DNA of 64,000 nt, taken from NCBI GenBank assembly GCA_036496425.1, contig DASXLG010000202.1, positions 69-64,068 of the forward strand, read 5' to 3'. The notes under the pieces were generated by a model that saw only the letters and a program-made list of their open reading frames with translations, searched no databases and was not told the DNA's origin. Of this stretch, positions 9,505-18,681 are shown piece after piece. The stretch's first letter is position 1; every line of letters begins with the position of its first letter. A program made the translations under genes and the position numbers. Source of the stretch: Terriglobia bacterium (GTDB taxonomy: Bacteria > Acidobacteriota > Terriglobia > 20CM-2-55-15).

Positions 9505-10155
9505 ATGTCCAAAAGTAACACTGTCCAGCTCATCAAGCCATTGGATGGCTTCGGCAACGTCGCGGACGTGGATGTGATTATACGTGCAACTGCGATCCAG
9601 ACGGCCATGACCGGCAACGCGAACTACCCCGCTCCACCGGTCGATCTGGCGGCCCTGAAGACGAACATCGACGCTTTCGTGGCGCTCGTCGCGCAAGCGG
9701 CCGATGGAAGTAAGAAGGTCATTGCCGAAAAAAACAAGCAACGCGCAACCGTCGTGGAGATGGTGCGGATGCTTGGCCGCTACGTGGAAGGCGCATCGAA
9801 AGGTGATATGTCGATCTTCCAGACGAGCGGCTTCCAGTCTGCTTCAACGACAAAGACGAAATCACCGCCGTTGTCGGAGACGATCCGCAAAATCGCCCAT
9901 GGCCCCAACAGCGGACAGGCCACTATCTGGCTGCGTTCGCTGAAGGACGCGTTGAGCTACACCGTCCGTTATGCGCCCATGGTGAATGGCGCGGCGCCCA
10001 CAACGTGGACCGAGCAACCTATCGGTCTGCTGACGGCGCCCGTGCTGCTCACGGGTCTGACACCGGTCACTACCTATGCGTTTCAAACACGTGCCACGTT
10101 GAAGAACCACACGTACACGGACTGGAGCGACTCGGTAACGTTCATCGTGACGTAG
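9505..10155 (+). CDS. hypothetical protein with C-terminal fibronectin-III-like domain
   Basis: 216 aa with a very strong SD (AAAGGAGGA) 7 nt upstream and an AT-rich promoter-like tract at 9340-9480. The C-terminal ~90 aa show an FN3-like pattern (TVRYAP...W...LTGLTPVTTYAFQTRA). No signal peptide. Confidence 0.65.
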   Translation: MSKSNTVQLIKPLDGFGNVADVDVIIRATAIQTAMTGNANYPAPPVDLAALKTNIDAFVALVAQAADGSKKVIAEKNKQRATVVEMVRMLGRYVEGASKGDMSIFQTSGFQSASTTKTKSPPLSETIRKIAHGPNSGQATIWLRSLKDALSYTVRYAPMVNGAAPTTWTEQPIGLLTAPVLLTGLTPVTTYAFQTRATLKNHTYTDWSDSVTFIVT

Positions 10156-10158
10156 CCG

Positions 10159-10762
10159 TTAGGGGGCGCACACCCGGATTCCCGAATTAATTCGGGAATT
10201 CGGGTCCACCGGGATGTCACCTTTATATGTGGACACGGCGCCGGTCCACCTTCCCAGGAGCACCGGAGATGGTTGGAACGCGGGCGGCCGCGGAGCAGGG
10301 TTGGTTGATGCGGGAGCTGCGCGCCACTTGGGCAAAAGCGTGACCAGGATCTTGTCAACAACCTCTCCTGGCCCGCAATCGATGGAGTTACACAGCACCA
10401 CGACGGCGATTTTCTCTGAAGGGACCAGCCGCAGGAACGAGGCGACTCCTGCCATGCTCCCATCGTGTGCAACGCTGCGATAACCATAGAAAGAATCGTT
10501 GATGAGCCACCCGATTCCATAGCCCGTACCGGCTTCCGGATTGGACGGCGCCGGTTGGCTTTTGCATCTCGTCGATCGAAGCATCCGAAAGGACCGGCGT
10601 CTGGTCGGCAAGATCTGCCTTCAGGTGGTACATCCCGAAGCGCACAAGATCATGCGCACTGGAGAAGATGGCGGATGCGCCGCGATGATCAAAATCGTAA
10701 AGGCGAGCGCGAAGAGGATGGGCATGAGCCATTCTGCCCGGACGCATTCTAAGATGCAACAT
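10159..10762 (-). pseudogene. beta-lactamase/serine-hydrolase family pseudogene (C-terminal fragment, frameshifted)
   Basis: Two overlapping ORFs in different frames (10388..10762 and 10159..10611). Together they cover the C-terminal part of a class-C beta-lactamase-like fold (...ASAIFSSAHDLVRFG..., then GYGIGWLINDSFYGYRSVAHDGSMAGVASFLRLVPSEKIAVVVLCN). The N-terminal S-x-x-K region is missing. Confidence 0.6.
10172..10205. repeat. 34-bp palindrome (ACCCGGATTCCCGAATT|AATTCGGGAATTCGGGT), member of the GC-rich palindromic element family
   Basis: 17-bp arms with one G-U wobble, located in the 10156-10160 gap region after the FN3-like gene. The core CCCGAATT..AATTCGGG also appears inside the elements at 24477 and 34806. 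Confidence 0.6.
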
Positions 10763-10970
10763 CCGGAATGAGTGCCGCGGTATCCAAAGTTATCCCGGGC
10801 GCCGTTGTGAGAGTACGCGCTTTGCCCACTGGATATCCTTTCGTTTGGGCGCGCCGTGTTGTTCGATCAAATCGCGAAGAAGCGCTCGGAGCGATTCGCG
10901 CCGTCCCTGTTCCATACTGCACGCTTGGATTTGGTGGGTTACCGAGGACCGCCGGTGGCGTGTCTGCGAA

Positions 10971-11714
10971 TCAGGCGGCTTTTCGCGCGATCACCTGCAG
11001 TCGCACATAGTCTGCCGTCCATCGTCCCTGTTCGTCGCACAGCGACGGCCGCAGCAGCTCGACGATCTCCCTGACGATCCGCTGGCGCAGATCGCTGCCA
11101 ACGTTCGCCAGCACGGCGCCGCCGAAGGTCTCCAGCCAACCCTCCATGCCGGTGGGCAGCGGCGTCGGCCGCGGGAATAGCCGGATGTCGTCGACGGCGA
11201 GACCGCGCGACTCTAGCACGCGGCGGTAGTCCCCGGGCGCGGGGTAATACCACGGCCAGTCGATGTCGATGTGATACCGCGCGAGCACCGCGCGGATGGC
11301 GACGGAAATCGCCGCGACGTTGGTGTGGCCGCCGAGCTCGGCGACGAAGCGGCCGACCGGTTTCAGCGCGCGAACGATGCCGGCGGCCGCCGCATCGGCG
11401 TTCCGCACCCAGTGCAGCACGGCGTTGGAAAAAACGGCGTCGAACTCCCCGTCAAAGCTCAAGGCGGCGGCGTCCATCACGCGGGCATCGATGCCGAGAC
11501 CGCGCGCGGCGGCGACCATCTCGGCCGATGAATCGACGCCGACGACGGTCGCTCCCGACGCGATGATGTCGCGCGTGAGTGTGCCGTTGCCGCAGCCGAG
11601 ATCCAGGATGCGCTCACCCGCACGCGGCGCGAGTCGCGCCAGGATGTTCGCGCCGAGCGCAGGGACGAAGCCGGCGTTCTCCGCGTACTGTGATGGATTC
11701 CAGGGCTGAGACAT
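10971..11714 (-). CDS. class I SAM-dependent methyltransferase (trans-aconitate methyltransferase Tam-like)
   Basis: ORF trimmed to the internal ATG (11714), giving MSQPWNPSQYAENAGF..., which is the characteristic Tam N-terminus (M-x-W-N-P-x-x-Y). Carries SAM motif I (LDLGCGNG). Confidence 0.75.
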   Translation of the reverse strand: MSQPWNPSQYAENAGFVPALGANILARLAPRAGERILDLGCGNGTLTRDIIASGATVVGVDSSAEMVAAARGLGIDARVMDAAALSFDGEFDAVFSNAVLHWVRNADAAAAGIVRALKPVGRFVAELGGHTNVAAISVAIRAVLARYHIDIDWPWYYPAPGDYRRVLESRGLAVDDIRLFPRPTPLPTGMEGWLETFGGAVLANVGSDLRQRIVREIVELLRPSLCDEQGRWTADYVRLQVIARKAA

Positions 11715-11719
11715 AACGG

Positions 11720-12004
11720 TCAGGCCAGTAACCGCTGCGCGCCGTCCCAGATCTGCGCCACAAGGTCGCCGGCCTTTACCGCTTCCGCGCGCATCGCGGC
11801 ACACTGGGCATCGAAATCAGGCGGGGTCGCATCGGCGGCGGCAGGAACCGCCGCGCCCCAGTTGGCGAGAAAGTCGCGCACTCGCGTTTCGTGTCCGCGG
11901 TCGCGCACGGCCGCCGGATCGCGAGCGCCCCGGTTAACGCTGGGCCGGGCGTTCAACAGCCCCTGAATTCTCTCGACGACTTCATCGCGATGAGCCAGGA
12001 ACAT
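11720..12004 (-). CDS. hypothetical protein
   Basis: 94-aa ORF in the same orientation, packed between the Tam-like and Wzz-like genes. GC3-rich but with no recognisable domain. Confidence 0.35.
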   Translation of the reverse strand: MFLAHRDEVVERIQGLLNARPSVNRGARDPAAVRDRGHETRVRDFLANWGAAVPAAADATPPDFDAQCAAMRAEAVKAGDLVAQIWDGAQRLLA

Positions 12005-12007
12005 ATT

Positions 12008-13135
12008 CTAGGCGAGGGCTCTGCGTCTTCGCCGCGAAAGACCGGCGATCGCGATCAGACCGAAGAGACAACCTCCCGCGCCACCGATACCAGCAATCGC
12101 CATCCGGTCAGGACCGATCGGGGCATCTGGTAAAAAAGGCGGATCCACTATGACAAATTGCGCACCCTTTTGCCGGGTCTCCAGGTATTCGGTCATGCGC
12201 GCTTCTTCTAACCTGGCAAAAACCGACTTATACGTAGATTGAAGCATTTCGTAATCGAGAGCATGAACAATTGCGTCTCCTTTTCCGGTTCTTTCGGGCG
12301 AAAGGAGTTTGCTTTTTTCGGTGAGGCGTTTGCCCAGCTCGTCGAGTTGGACCTGAAGGAACAACACGCTGCCGTACACCTCCTGTTCGCGACTCTGGCT
12401 ACTCTGTTCCAAGAACAGCGTAACCAATTTGCTCGCGATCTTCTGAACCGTTTTAGGATCCCGTCCCACGAAGCGCAATGTGAATGCGATATTCCCGCTC
12501 TTTTCATATCCAGGATCGACGGTGATACTGATGCTATCCCGTATCTGCTGAACGCGTTGGTCGAGTGTTAGCCGGTCTTTCCCGGAATCGACGAGTGAGA
12601 ATTCCCGGATCAAGTTTACAAGGTTGGTGCGGCTCAGTAAGAGCTGCCTTGTCCCATCGAGCTGCTGAATGATGTGTGAACTTGTTGTCAGGCCAGGGGC
12701 GACAACAGCGGGTACATCCGCCGGTTTTGTGATTATCAACGCTTCCGATGCATAACGTACCGGCAAGAAAAAGGACAAACCGTATGCCGCCAACGCAAAG
12801 AGCGTGGTTGTCATAGTCAGCAGGGATTTCCAACCGCTGAACAGTGTGAAGAAGTTGCTCGGATGATCGTGCAATTCGGACATGCTGTCCTCATTAACCG
12901 CGCCAAAGGCGCTTCGGCGCGTAAAAGTTAAAGCAATCGCAAAGGCGAGTTTGCTTGGGCGGCTATGAATGGCCTTCAGTTCTGCCAGCCATTCTTCTTC
13001 CATGCGAAGCACCAGTGCCGGGGGCAGGCGGCGCGCGCGTGCCCGCACCAGCAATTCAGAAATAGCCGTCGCAGCAGCAAGGAGTGCGGCGCCAATAACC
13101 GTGAGTAGAACGATGACGATGACGATATCACTCAT
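12008..13135 (-). CDS. membrane protein with Wzz/PCP (polysaccharide chain-length determinant)-like periplasmic domain
   Basis: 375 aa: an N-terminal TM plus ~80-aa segment, then a Wzz-like domain (...LDQRVQQIRDSISITVDPGYEKSGNIAFTLRFVGRDPKTVQKIASKL...), a coiled region and a C-terminal TM (AIAGIGGAGGCLFGLIAIAGL). ATG at 13135 overlaps the PadR stop (ATGA). Confidence 0.65.
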   Translation of the reverse strand: MSDIVIVIVLLTVIGAALLAAATAISELLVRARARRLPPALVLRMEEEWLAELKAIHSRPSKLAFAIALTFTRRSAFGAVNEDSMSELHDHPSNFFTLFSGWKSLLTMTTTLFALAAYGLSFFLPVRYASEALIITKPADVPAVVAPGLTTSSHIIQQLDGTRQLLLSRTNLVNLIREFSLVDSGKDRLTLDQRVQQIRDSISITVDPGYEKSGNIAFTLRFVGRDPKTVQKIASKLVTLFLEQSSQSREQEVYGSVLFLQVQLDELGKRLTEKSKLLSPERTGKGDAIVHALDYEMLQSTYKSVFARLEEARMTEYLETRQKGAQFVIVDPPFLPDAPIGPDRMAIAGIGGAGGCLFGLIAIAGLSRRRRRALA

Positions 13136-13464
13136 GCGAGGCCCAGCTTGGCCGCAGGATTGACGCGCGGCAAAGAGAGGTCAAGCAAGGCTTCGCGTGC
13201 AACGCGAGCTCCTTCCTGCGTCATTCTGTAAAATCGCCGCCTGGGCCGTCCAAGCGATTCCGGCCTTTCCCTTTCCCAGCGGCTCTCAAGCAGACCGGCC
13301 TGTTCAAATCGGAGCAGAATCGGATACAGCGTGCCCGAAGAAATATGCGCCGCGGCCAGCAGGTCCGTTCCTGCAAGTTCGACACGAACATCTTCCGTGA
13401 ACGCGTCCAGAAAGACTCGAAGCACACGTAAACCTTGCTGTGAGAGACGAAGGGTGGATGGCAT
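13132..13464 (-). CDS. PadR family transcriptional regulator
   Basis: Trimmed to the ATG at 13464, giving MPSTLRLSQQGLRVLRVFLD...GTLYPILLRFEQAGLLESRWE...RRFYRMTQEG, a canonical PadR winged helix. 110 aa. Confidence 0.8.
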   Translation of the reverse strand: MPSTLRLSQQGLRVLRVFLDAFTEDVRVELAGTDLLAAAHISSGTLYPILLRFEQAGLLESRWERERPESLGRPRRRFYRMTQEGARVAREALLDLSLPRVNPAAKLGLA

Positions 13465-13517
13465 GGTCGTAACTCTACATAGGGGTGGCCGGAATGTCAA
13501 ATCACCCGTCTTCTGCG

Positions 13518-14570
13518 CTATTTCGCCGGACGGCGCGACTCCCCGGGTACACGGGACGCCGTATAAGCGGCGATATCCAGCATGTCTTCCGCGCTCAGTT
13601 TCGCGACGACGGGTTTCATAAGGTCTGTCCACACACCTTTGCGGGTGCCGAGCTGCATATCGTGCAACTCACGCACGACATAACTTGGAGAGCGGCCTGC
13701 AATTCCGGGCACCGGGCCGAGGCCTTCGAGATCCGGGCCGTGGCAGACGCCGCACTGCGTTGTCTTGCCGGCTCCGGTTGTGACCAGCGCTTCACCTTTC
13801 TTGATGCTGCCCGGGGGAGCGTACGCGATGAAGCCGGAGCGGGGATTCCGCAGGCTCTCGGTGTCTTCTGTTTTCTCCGGCACTTCGATAATGCGCATGC
13901 CGATCGGCTCCTTGCCCGCCTGGTCGCCTTCGAGCATGAGGAACAGGCCGCCGGCGATGCGCGTTTTCGGCACGGTGTCGGCTTCGACGACGCGTATCCA
14001 TGGCGTCCACTTCATCGATGAGAAATAGGCCGCCGCGGCTTTGATTTCGTCATCCGTCATGGCTTTGGCAAAGGCGATCATCCGATTCGTGTTCGCCTTC
14101 CGAGTGTCGGCGCTCTTACGCAGGTCGTTCTTGAAATCCATCATCGTCTGCACGAAATACGAGTACGGTAAACCGGAGACACCCGCGTTTTCGGCGCGGC
14201 CTTTTCCATTCGGATAGTGGCAAAGGCTGCAGGCGTTGATCTGCGCGTCGCGCCTGCCGTGCGCGACGATGTCGGGCATTGGAGGATGGTCGCCAGGGAA
14301 CCAGTCGGCCGGGCCAAAACCATCGCGGATCTGAGCAAGCGTGAACGATCCTGTGCTCCCCGGGAGCTGATGGAGCGTTGTGTCGGGCGCCGGCGCGGCG
14401 CCGCTGCCACGGCCGCCCTGTCCGCCTCGTCCGCCCGGAGGTACGGCCGGAGCAGCGGTTGCCGCTGCAGGTCCGTCAAAACCGTAAGCCCACGGTGATG
14501 GCGCAGCGGGTTGTTGAGCAGCGAACGTCACTGCCACCAGAACGGACGTCAGAGCGACAAACTTCCACAT
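13518..14570 (-). CDS. di-haem c-type cytochrome
   Basis: 350 aa with a signal peptide and two CxxCH motifs (CSLCHY, CGVCHG). Confidence 0.8.
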   Translation of the reverse strand: MWKFVALTSVLVAVTFAAQQPAAPSPWAYGFDGPAAATAAPAVPPGGRGGQGGRGSGAAPAPDTTLHQLPGSTGSFTLAQIRDGFGPADWFPGDHPPMPDIVAHGRRDAQINACSLCHYPNGKGRAENAGVSGLPYSYFVQTMMDFKNDLRKSADTRKANTNRMIAFAKAMTDDEIKAAAAYFSSMKWTPWIRVVEADTVPKTRIAGGLFLMLEGDQAGKEPIGMRIIEVPEKTEDTESLRNPRSGFIAYAPPGSIKKGEALVTTGAGKTTQCGVCHGPDLEGLGPVPGIAGRSPSYVVRELHDMQLGTRKGVWTDLMKPVVAKLSAEDMLDIAAYTASRVPGESRRPAK

Positions 14571-14627
14571 AGGTTCCTCCCTTGAAACGATGTGGAAGAA
14601 GAAACCACAAAAGGCACAAAAAGCACA

Positions 14628-16412
14628 CTAATTTCGTGTTCCGGACAGACCGAGATAACCGAACCAGAAAACAATCGATGTTGCAAGCACGGCAATGCGT
14701 GCTCCATACCCGATACTGCTCGGGGAGACGAATCCTTCAATCAGACCGGCGAATATGAGCATGACCATCACTCCCAGCTCGATCGTCAGCGCGGAAACGG
14801 CCACGCGTCGCAGAGCCACGGCGCGGCGTACCTCCCCCGGAGCTATCACGGCGCGCGCCAGCATCAAACCGGCAGCGCCCGCAAGGGTGATGGCGAGCAG
14901 CTCTGTTCCGCCGTGCGGCATGATCCAGCCCCACAGCGACGAGCTATTGCCTTTCGACGTCATCCATCCGGCGACTGCTCCGAGTTGAATTCCGTTGGTA
15001 ATCAATACAAACGCCGTGCCGACACCAGCCGTCAATCCGAAAGCAAAAGAAAGCAGAGTGACCTGAATGTTATTCGTAAGAATTGTGGAAGCGACTACCG
15101 GCCGGGCAAGGGTCGGGATGTCATGCATCGATTCGCGGCGCGCGGGTTGAAAATCCAGGAACCCGGCGGGTACAAGGTCGTACCCGAGCTCCGGATGTAC
15201 CTGGACAGCGAAGAAGCTTACGAACGAAGGTCCGAACAGCAATAGGGCCGAAAGACCGACGGATCCAAGATGGCTCCGGACCGCGATCGGAAAGGCTTTC
15301 AGCCAAGAGCTTTTCGGGACCGGCTTGACGTCCAGCATTTTGCGATACAGAACCCCATGGGCCCGGACTGCAATGTTGTTGAGGTGGCGGACAACCGCCG
15401 AACTGCGTCCCATGGAACGCGCGCGCGAAAGGTCGCATCCCAGCGTCCGGTACTCCTCGATAATGCCTGCCAGTTCATCCGGTCTGAGACGCCAAAGGTC
15501 TCGCTTGCCTGCCCCTTCGAATCGCTGTATCCGTTGATTGAATTGCCGCCACTGCCGGCGTTTTGCATCCGCTGCGTCTTCAGTAACACCATCCGATGAA
15601 GCCTTCGGCGCGGAATCCGCAAGTTTCATGATTGTCTGCAGCGCCTGTTCGCAAATGTGAAACCGCTCCGGCCGCTTTTCGATTTCCTTCGGGTCCTCGC
15701 CGACTGCGGAAAGTAACGGGGACGCGATCCTCCATGCGAGCGCCTCGCGCTGCGCAACCGGCAAAGACTCGCGGCGAGCGAGAAACCGTTCAATAACCTG
15801 CATCGAGTTTGCCTCGATCCGCAGGCCGCCGGCCATGATTCCCGTCCGGACCCTGCCGCGCTCTGCTTTCAGAATCCATGTCGTACCCCAGCGCGATACA
15901 CGTTCAGTGGGTTCAAGCCTCGCAATGTCCACAACGACAATTGTTCCGGCCAGCAGGTCGCCAAGCCGCTTCCCCCTCTTCGAAATCAGGATCGCGAGCG
16001 CGCCCACCACGCATGCCGGGGGAGGAAGAGTATCTGCCACTCGAACCAGATTACGCAGAGCCGACTCGCGCCAGCCGACGGGCAGCCCGTCGTCTTTGAC
16101 GACGCGGATCCCGGCCCACTTCTTTCCGGGCGTTTGGCCGTTATTCAAAGCTTCAAAGAAGAGGAAATATCCCCATGTGACGATGAAGTAGGCGATCACA
16201 GCCACTGCAAGAACCCAGGAGCCTGTCGCTTGAGAACGGACGGTCAAGAGACCCGCAATTCCCATGACGACGGCAGCCAAAATCAAGACAATGACGATTC
16301 CCCCAATCAGCATCGAGTCTGCAAGCAGCGCCAAGAACCGTGAGCCGACGCCTGCGATGTCAAAATCGAGTTCAAAGTGATCGGGCGTAACGACAGAGAT
16401 ATGCTCATCCAT
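14628..16412 (-). CDS. RDD domain / stage II sporulation protein M (SpoIIM, DUF95)-like fusion membrane protein
   Basis: 594 aa. The N-terminus is RDD-like (..TPGKKWAGIRVV..) and the C-terminal ~200 aa are a SpoIIM-like multi-TM domain. Start overlaps the DUF58 stop by 1 nt. Confidence 0.7.
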   Translation of the reverse strand: MDEHISVVTPDHFELDFDIAGVGSRFLALLADSMLIGGIVIVLILAAVVMGIAGLLTVRSQATGSWVLAVAVIAYFIVTWGYFLFFEALNNGQTPGKKWAGIRVVKDDGLPVGWRESALRNLVRVADTLPPPACVVGALAILISKRGKRLGDLLAGTIVVVDIARLEPTERVSRWGTTWILKAERGRVRTGIMAGGLRIEANSMQVIERFLARRESLPVAQREALAWRIASPLLSAVGEDPKEIEKRPERFHICEQALQTIMKLADSAPKASSDGVTEDAADAKRRQWRQFNQRIQRFEGAGKRDLWRLRPDELAGIIEEYRTLGCDLSRARSMGRSSAVVRHLNNIAVRAHGVLYRKMLDVKPVPKSSWLKAFPIAVRSHLGSVGLSALLLFGPSFVSFFAVQVHPELGYDLVPAGFLDFQPARRESMHDIPTLARPVVASTILTNNIQVTLLSFAFGLTAGVGTAFVLITNGIQLGAVAGWMTSKGNSSSLWGWIMPHGGTELLAITLAGAAGLMLARAVIAPGEVRRAVALRRVAVSALTIELGVMVMLIFAGLIEGFVSPSSIGYGARIAVLATSIVFWFGYLGLSGTRN

Positions 16413-17719
16413 TACTGTAGATTCGCCTTTCGGATTTCCAGGTAGCGCCGGATCAATTGGACCGTGAGAGCTTCCGGTGCGGCTTCGAGAGTAAGTATTC
16501 CCTTGTTGCGCATCTTTTCGAGCGCGATTTGACGCTGCAACTTCAGGCTGGCAGCGGCGGCCTTGAGATATGTCTCATCCACTGTTCCGGGAGCGGACTC
16601 CGCAATTGCTCCGATCGCCGGCTCGGTCAACACAACGCACAAAACCAGGTGCCGCGAAGTTGCCCGGGTGAGATTCAGGAGAAGACCGGCACTGCCGGCG
16701 GCATCGAGAACATCGGTCATCATAATGAGCAGGCTTCGCCGTTTCAGTTTATCCATCATTTGAGCGACCACCTGCCAGTAGTCGGATTCGACCTGTTTGA
16801 CTTCCACGACTGAGAGCGAATCGAGAACACGCGGCATGATCGATGTACCGCGGCTGGGCGGGACAAAAGACTCGATGCGGTCCGAAAATGTGGATACGGC
16901 GATCGCATCACCGCGCTTCTGAGCAACATAACTGAGCATGACGGTGGCGCTGAGGGCATGCTCGAATCTCGAACGGTCTCCAATTCTGGATGCCATCAAG
17001 CGTCCCGCATCGATCATGACCGAGATCTGCTGGCCGCGCTCGGTCTGCAGGTTTCGCGTGATGAGATAGCCGCGCTTTGCGCTGATCTTCCAGTCGATCA
17101 TTCGGGGATCATCGCCCGAATAGTAAGTGGACAGGCTCTCGAAGTCTGTACCATGGCCGCGCACGCGGCGAGGCCGCCGGACATCGTCATCCAGCCGGCT
17201 GATGCGCGCGATCAGATGAGATTCCCCGGTCGTCGAAAATCGTGGATAGACTCGGACTTCAGCGGCGCTCGCTATCCGCACCTGCTTCTCCATTAGAGCG
17301 CCGCGCCGGCCGATGCGCGCGGCCAGGCTGCTGAGCTGATACCGGCCGCGTTTAAGCGCTTTGATCTGATACGCAAATTCACACTCTGTATTTCCCGCGA
17401 GCTGCAACTCCGGAATGGCAGTGAGCTGCTCCAACCCCGGCGGCAGTTCATCCCGCATGACTACGCGGAGAGAAGCCTTCGAGCGGTTCCGCAGCAGAAT
17501 GCGAACGTCCGTTGCCGCCCCTAAGGAAAAACGGCCGAAGTCCCGGTCGATTTCGAACGCTCCGCCATCCGGAACCGACCGGTAGTCCATGAGAGATACG
17601 ACAGCGAGGGACACTAAATACAATGCTCCGACGACCCATCCCGCCGGAAAAAGAAAGGACAGCAGCCACAGCGGAGATCCGAAAACAACAAGGCGTAGGA
17701 GACGGGTAGTGGGAACCAT
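16412..17719 (-). CDS. DUF58 domain protein (MoxR partner)
   Basis: 435 aa with DUF58 motifs (HGTDFESLSTYYSGDDPRMIDWKISAKRGYLITRNLQTERG). Overlaps the MoxR stop by 1 nt. Confidence 0.85.
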   Translation of the reverse strand: MVPTTRLLRLVVFGSPLWLLSFLFPAGWVVGALYLVSLAVVSLMDYRSVPDGGAFEIDRDFGRFSLGAATDVRILLRNRSKASLRVVMRDELPPGLEQLTAIPELQLAGNTECEFAYQIKALKRGRYQLSSLAARIGRRGALMEKQVRIASAAEVRVYPRFSTTGESHLIARISRLDDDVRRPRRVRGHGTDFESLSTYYSGDDPRMIDWKISAKRGYLITRNLQTERGQQISVMIDAGRLMASRIGDRSRFEHALSATVMLSYVAQKRGDAIAVSTFSDRIESFVPPSRGTSIMPRVLDSLSVVEVKQVESDYWQVVAQMMDKLKRRSLLIMMTDVLDAAGSAGLLLNLTRATSRHLVLCVVLTEPAIGAIAESAPGTVDETYLKAAAASLKLQRQIALEKMRNKGILTLEAAPEALTVQLIRRYLEIRKANLQ

Positions 17720-18681
17720 CAGCGCGGTATCGGGACACGCTTCGTCAGCTCATCCAGACAGGAATCGGCGGTCAACCCTTCGATTTCGGCTTCGGGTGTA
17801 AGCCTTACGCGATGCCGGAGCACGGACAAAACAACATCCCGAACTTCGTCGGGTGTGACGTATGAATTACCGCGCACCAAGGCGCGCGATTTTGCGGCGC
17901 GAAGAAGCATGACGCCGGCTCGCGGGCTGGCGCCGAGCCCGAGGCTCGAAGCCGATCGGGAGTTCCGGATAAGGTCGACAATGTAGTTGACGATCGATTC
18001 GTCGACCTCGACCCGGTTCGATGCGAGGCGGATCTGCAGCAACGTTGCCGGGTCGAGAACCGGTTCCACAGAGGCCTCCGGATGCTGAATGCCTTCGCCA
18101 AGACTGTGCATCCGCGCGATCATCCGGCGCTCCGCTTCGAGAGTGGGATAGTCCACGATGATTTTCATCATGAAGCGGTCCAGCTGAGCTTCGGGCAGCG
18201 GATAGGTTCCTTCATATTCAATCGGATTCTGTGTCGCAAGCACCGTCAGAAGGGGCGATAAACCGTGCGTCACGCCGTCGATGGTAATCTGACCTTCCTG
18301 CATCGCTTCCAGCAGCGCCGCCTGGGTTTTGGCAGGAGCGCGATTGATTTCATCGGCGAGGACAACATCAGCAAACAATGGGCCGGGACGGAAATGAAAC
18401 TCCGACGATCTCGGCTCGAACACGTTAACGCCCGAGACATCCGCCGGCATTAGATCCGGAGTGAATTGGATGCGTGAAAACTTTGCATTGATCGACGCCG
18501 CAAGACAACGCGCAAGAAGCGTTTTTGCGACGCCGGGAACACCTTCAATCAGCGCGTGGCCGCCGGCGACCACAACGACGATCAGGTCATCGATTACAGA
18601 TTCCTGACCTTCAATCAAATTCGCCAGATTTTGTCTGAGCTTAGCCAGCAGTGCCTGAACGTCTGCCCCGGGCAAGTCCAT
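17719..18681 (-). CDS. MoxR-family AAA+ ATPase
   Basis: Trimmed to the ATG at 18681 (MDLPGADVQALLAKL...). Carries Walker A (GVPGVAKT) and MoxR signature blocks. 320 aa. Confidence 0.9.
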   Translation of the reverse strand: MDLPGADVQALLAKLRQNLANLIEGQESVIDDLIVVVVAGGHALIEGVPGVAKTLLARCLAASINAKFSRIQFTPDLMPADVSGVNVFEPRSSEFHFRPGPLFADVVLADEINRAPAKTQAALLEAMQEGQITIDGVTHGLSPLLTVLATQNPIEYEGTYPLPEAQLDRFMMKIIVDYPTLEAERRMIARMHSLGEGIQHPEASVEPVLDPATLLQIRLASNRVEVDESIVNYIVDLIRNSRSASSLGLGASPRAGVMLLRAAKSRALVRGNSYVTPDEVRDVVLSVLRHRVRLTPEAEIEGLTADSCLDELTKRVPIPR

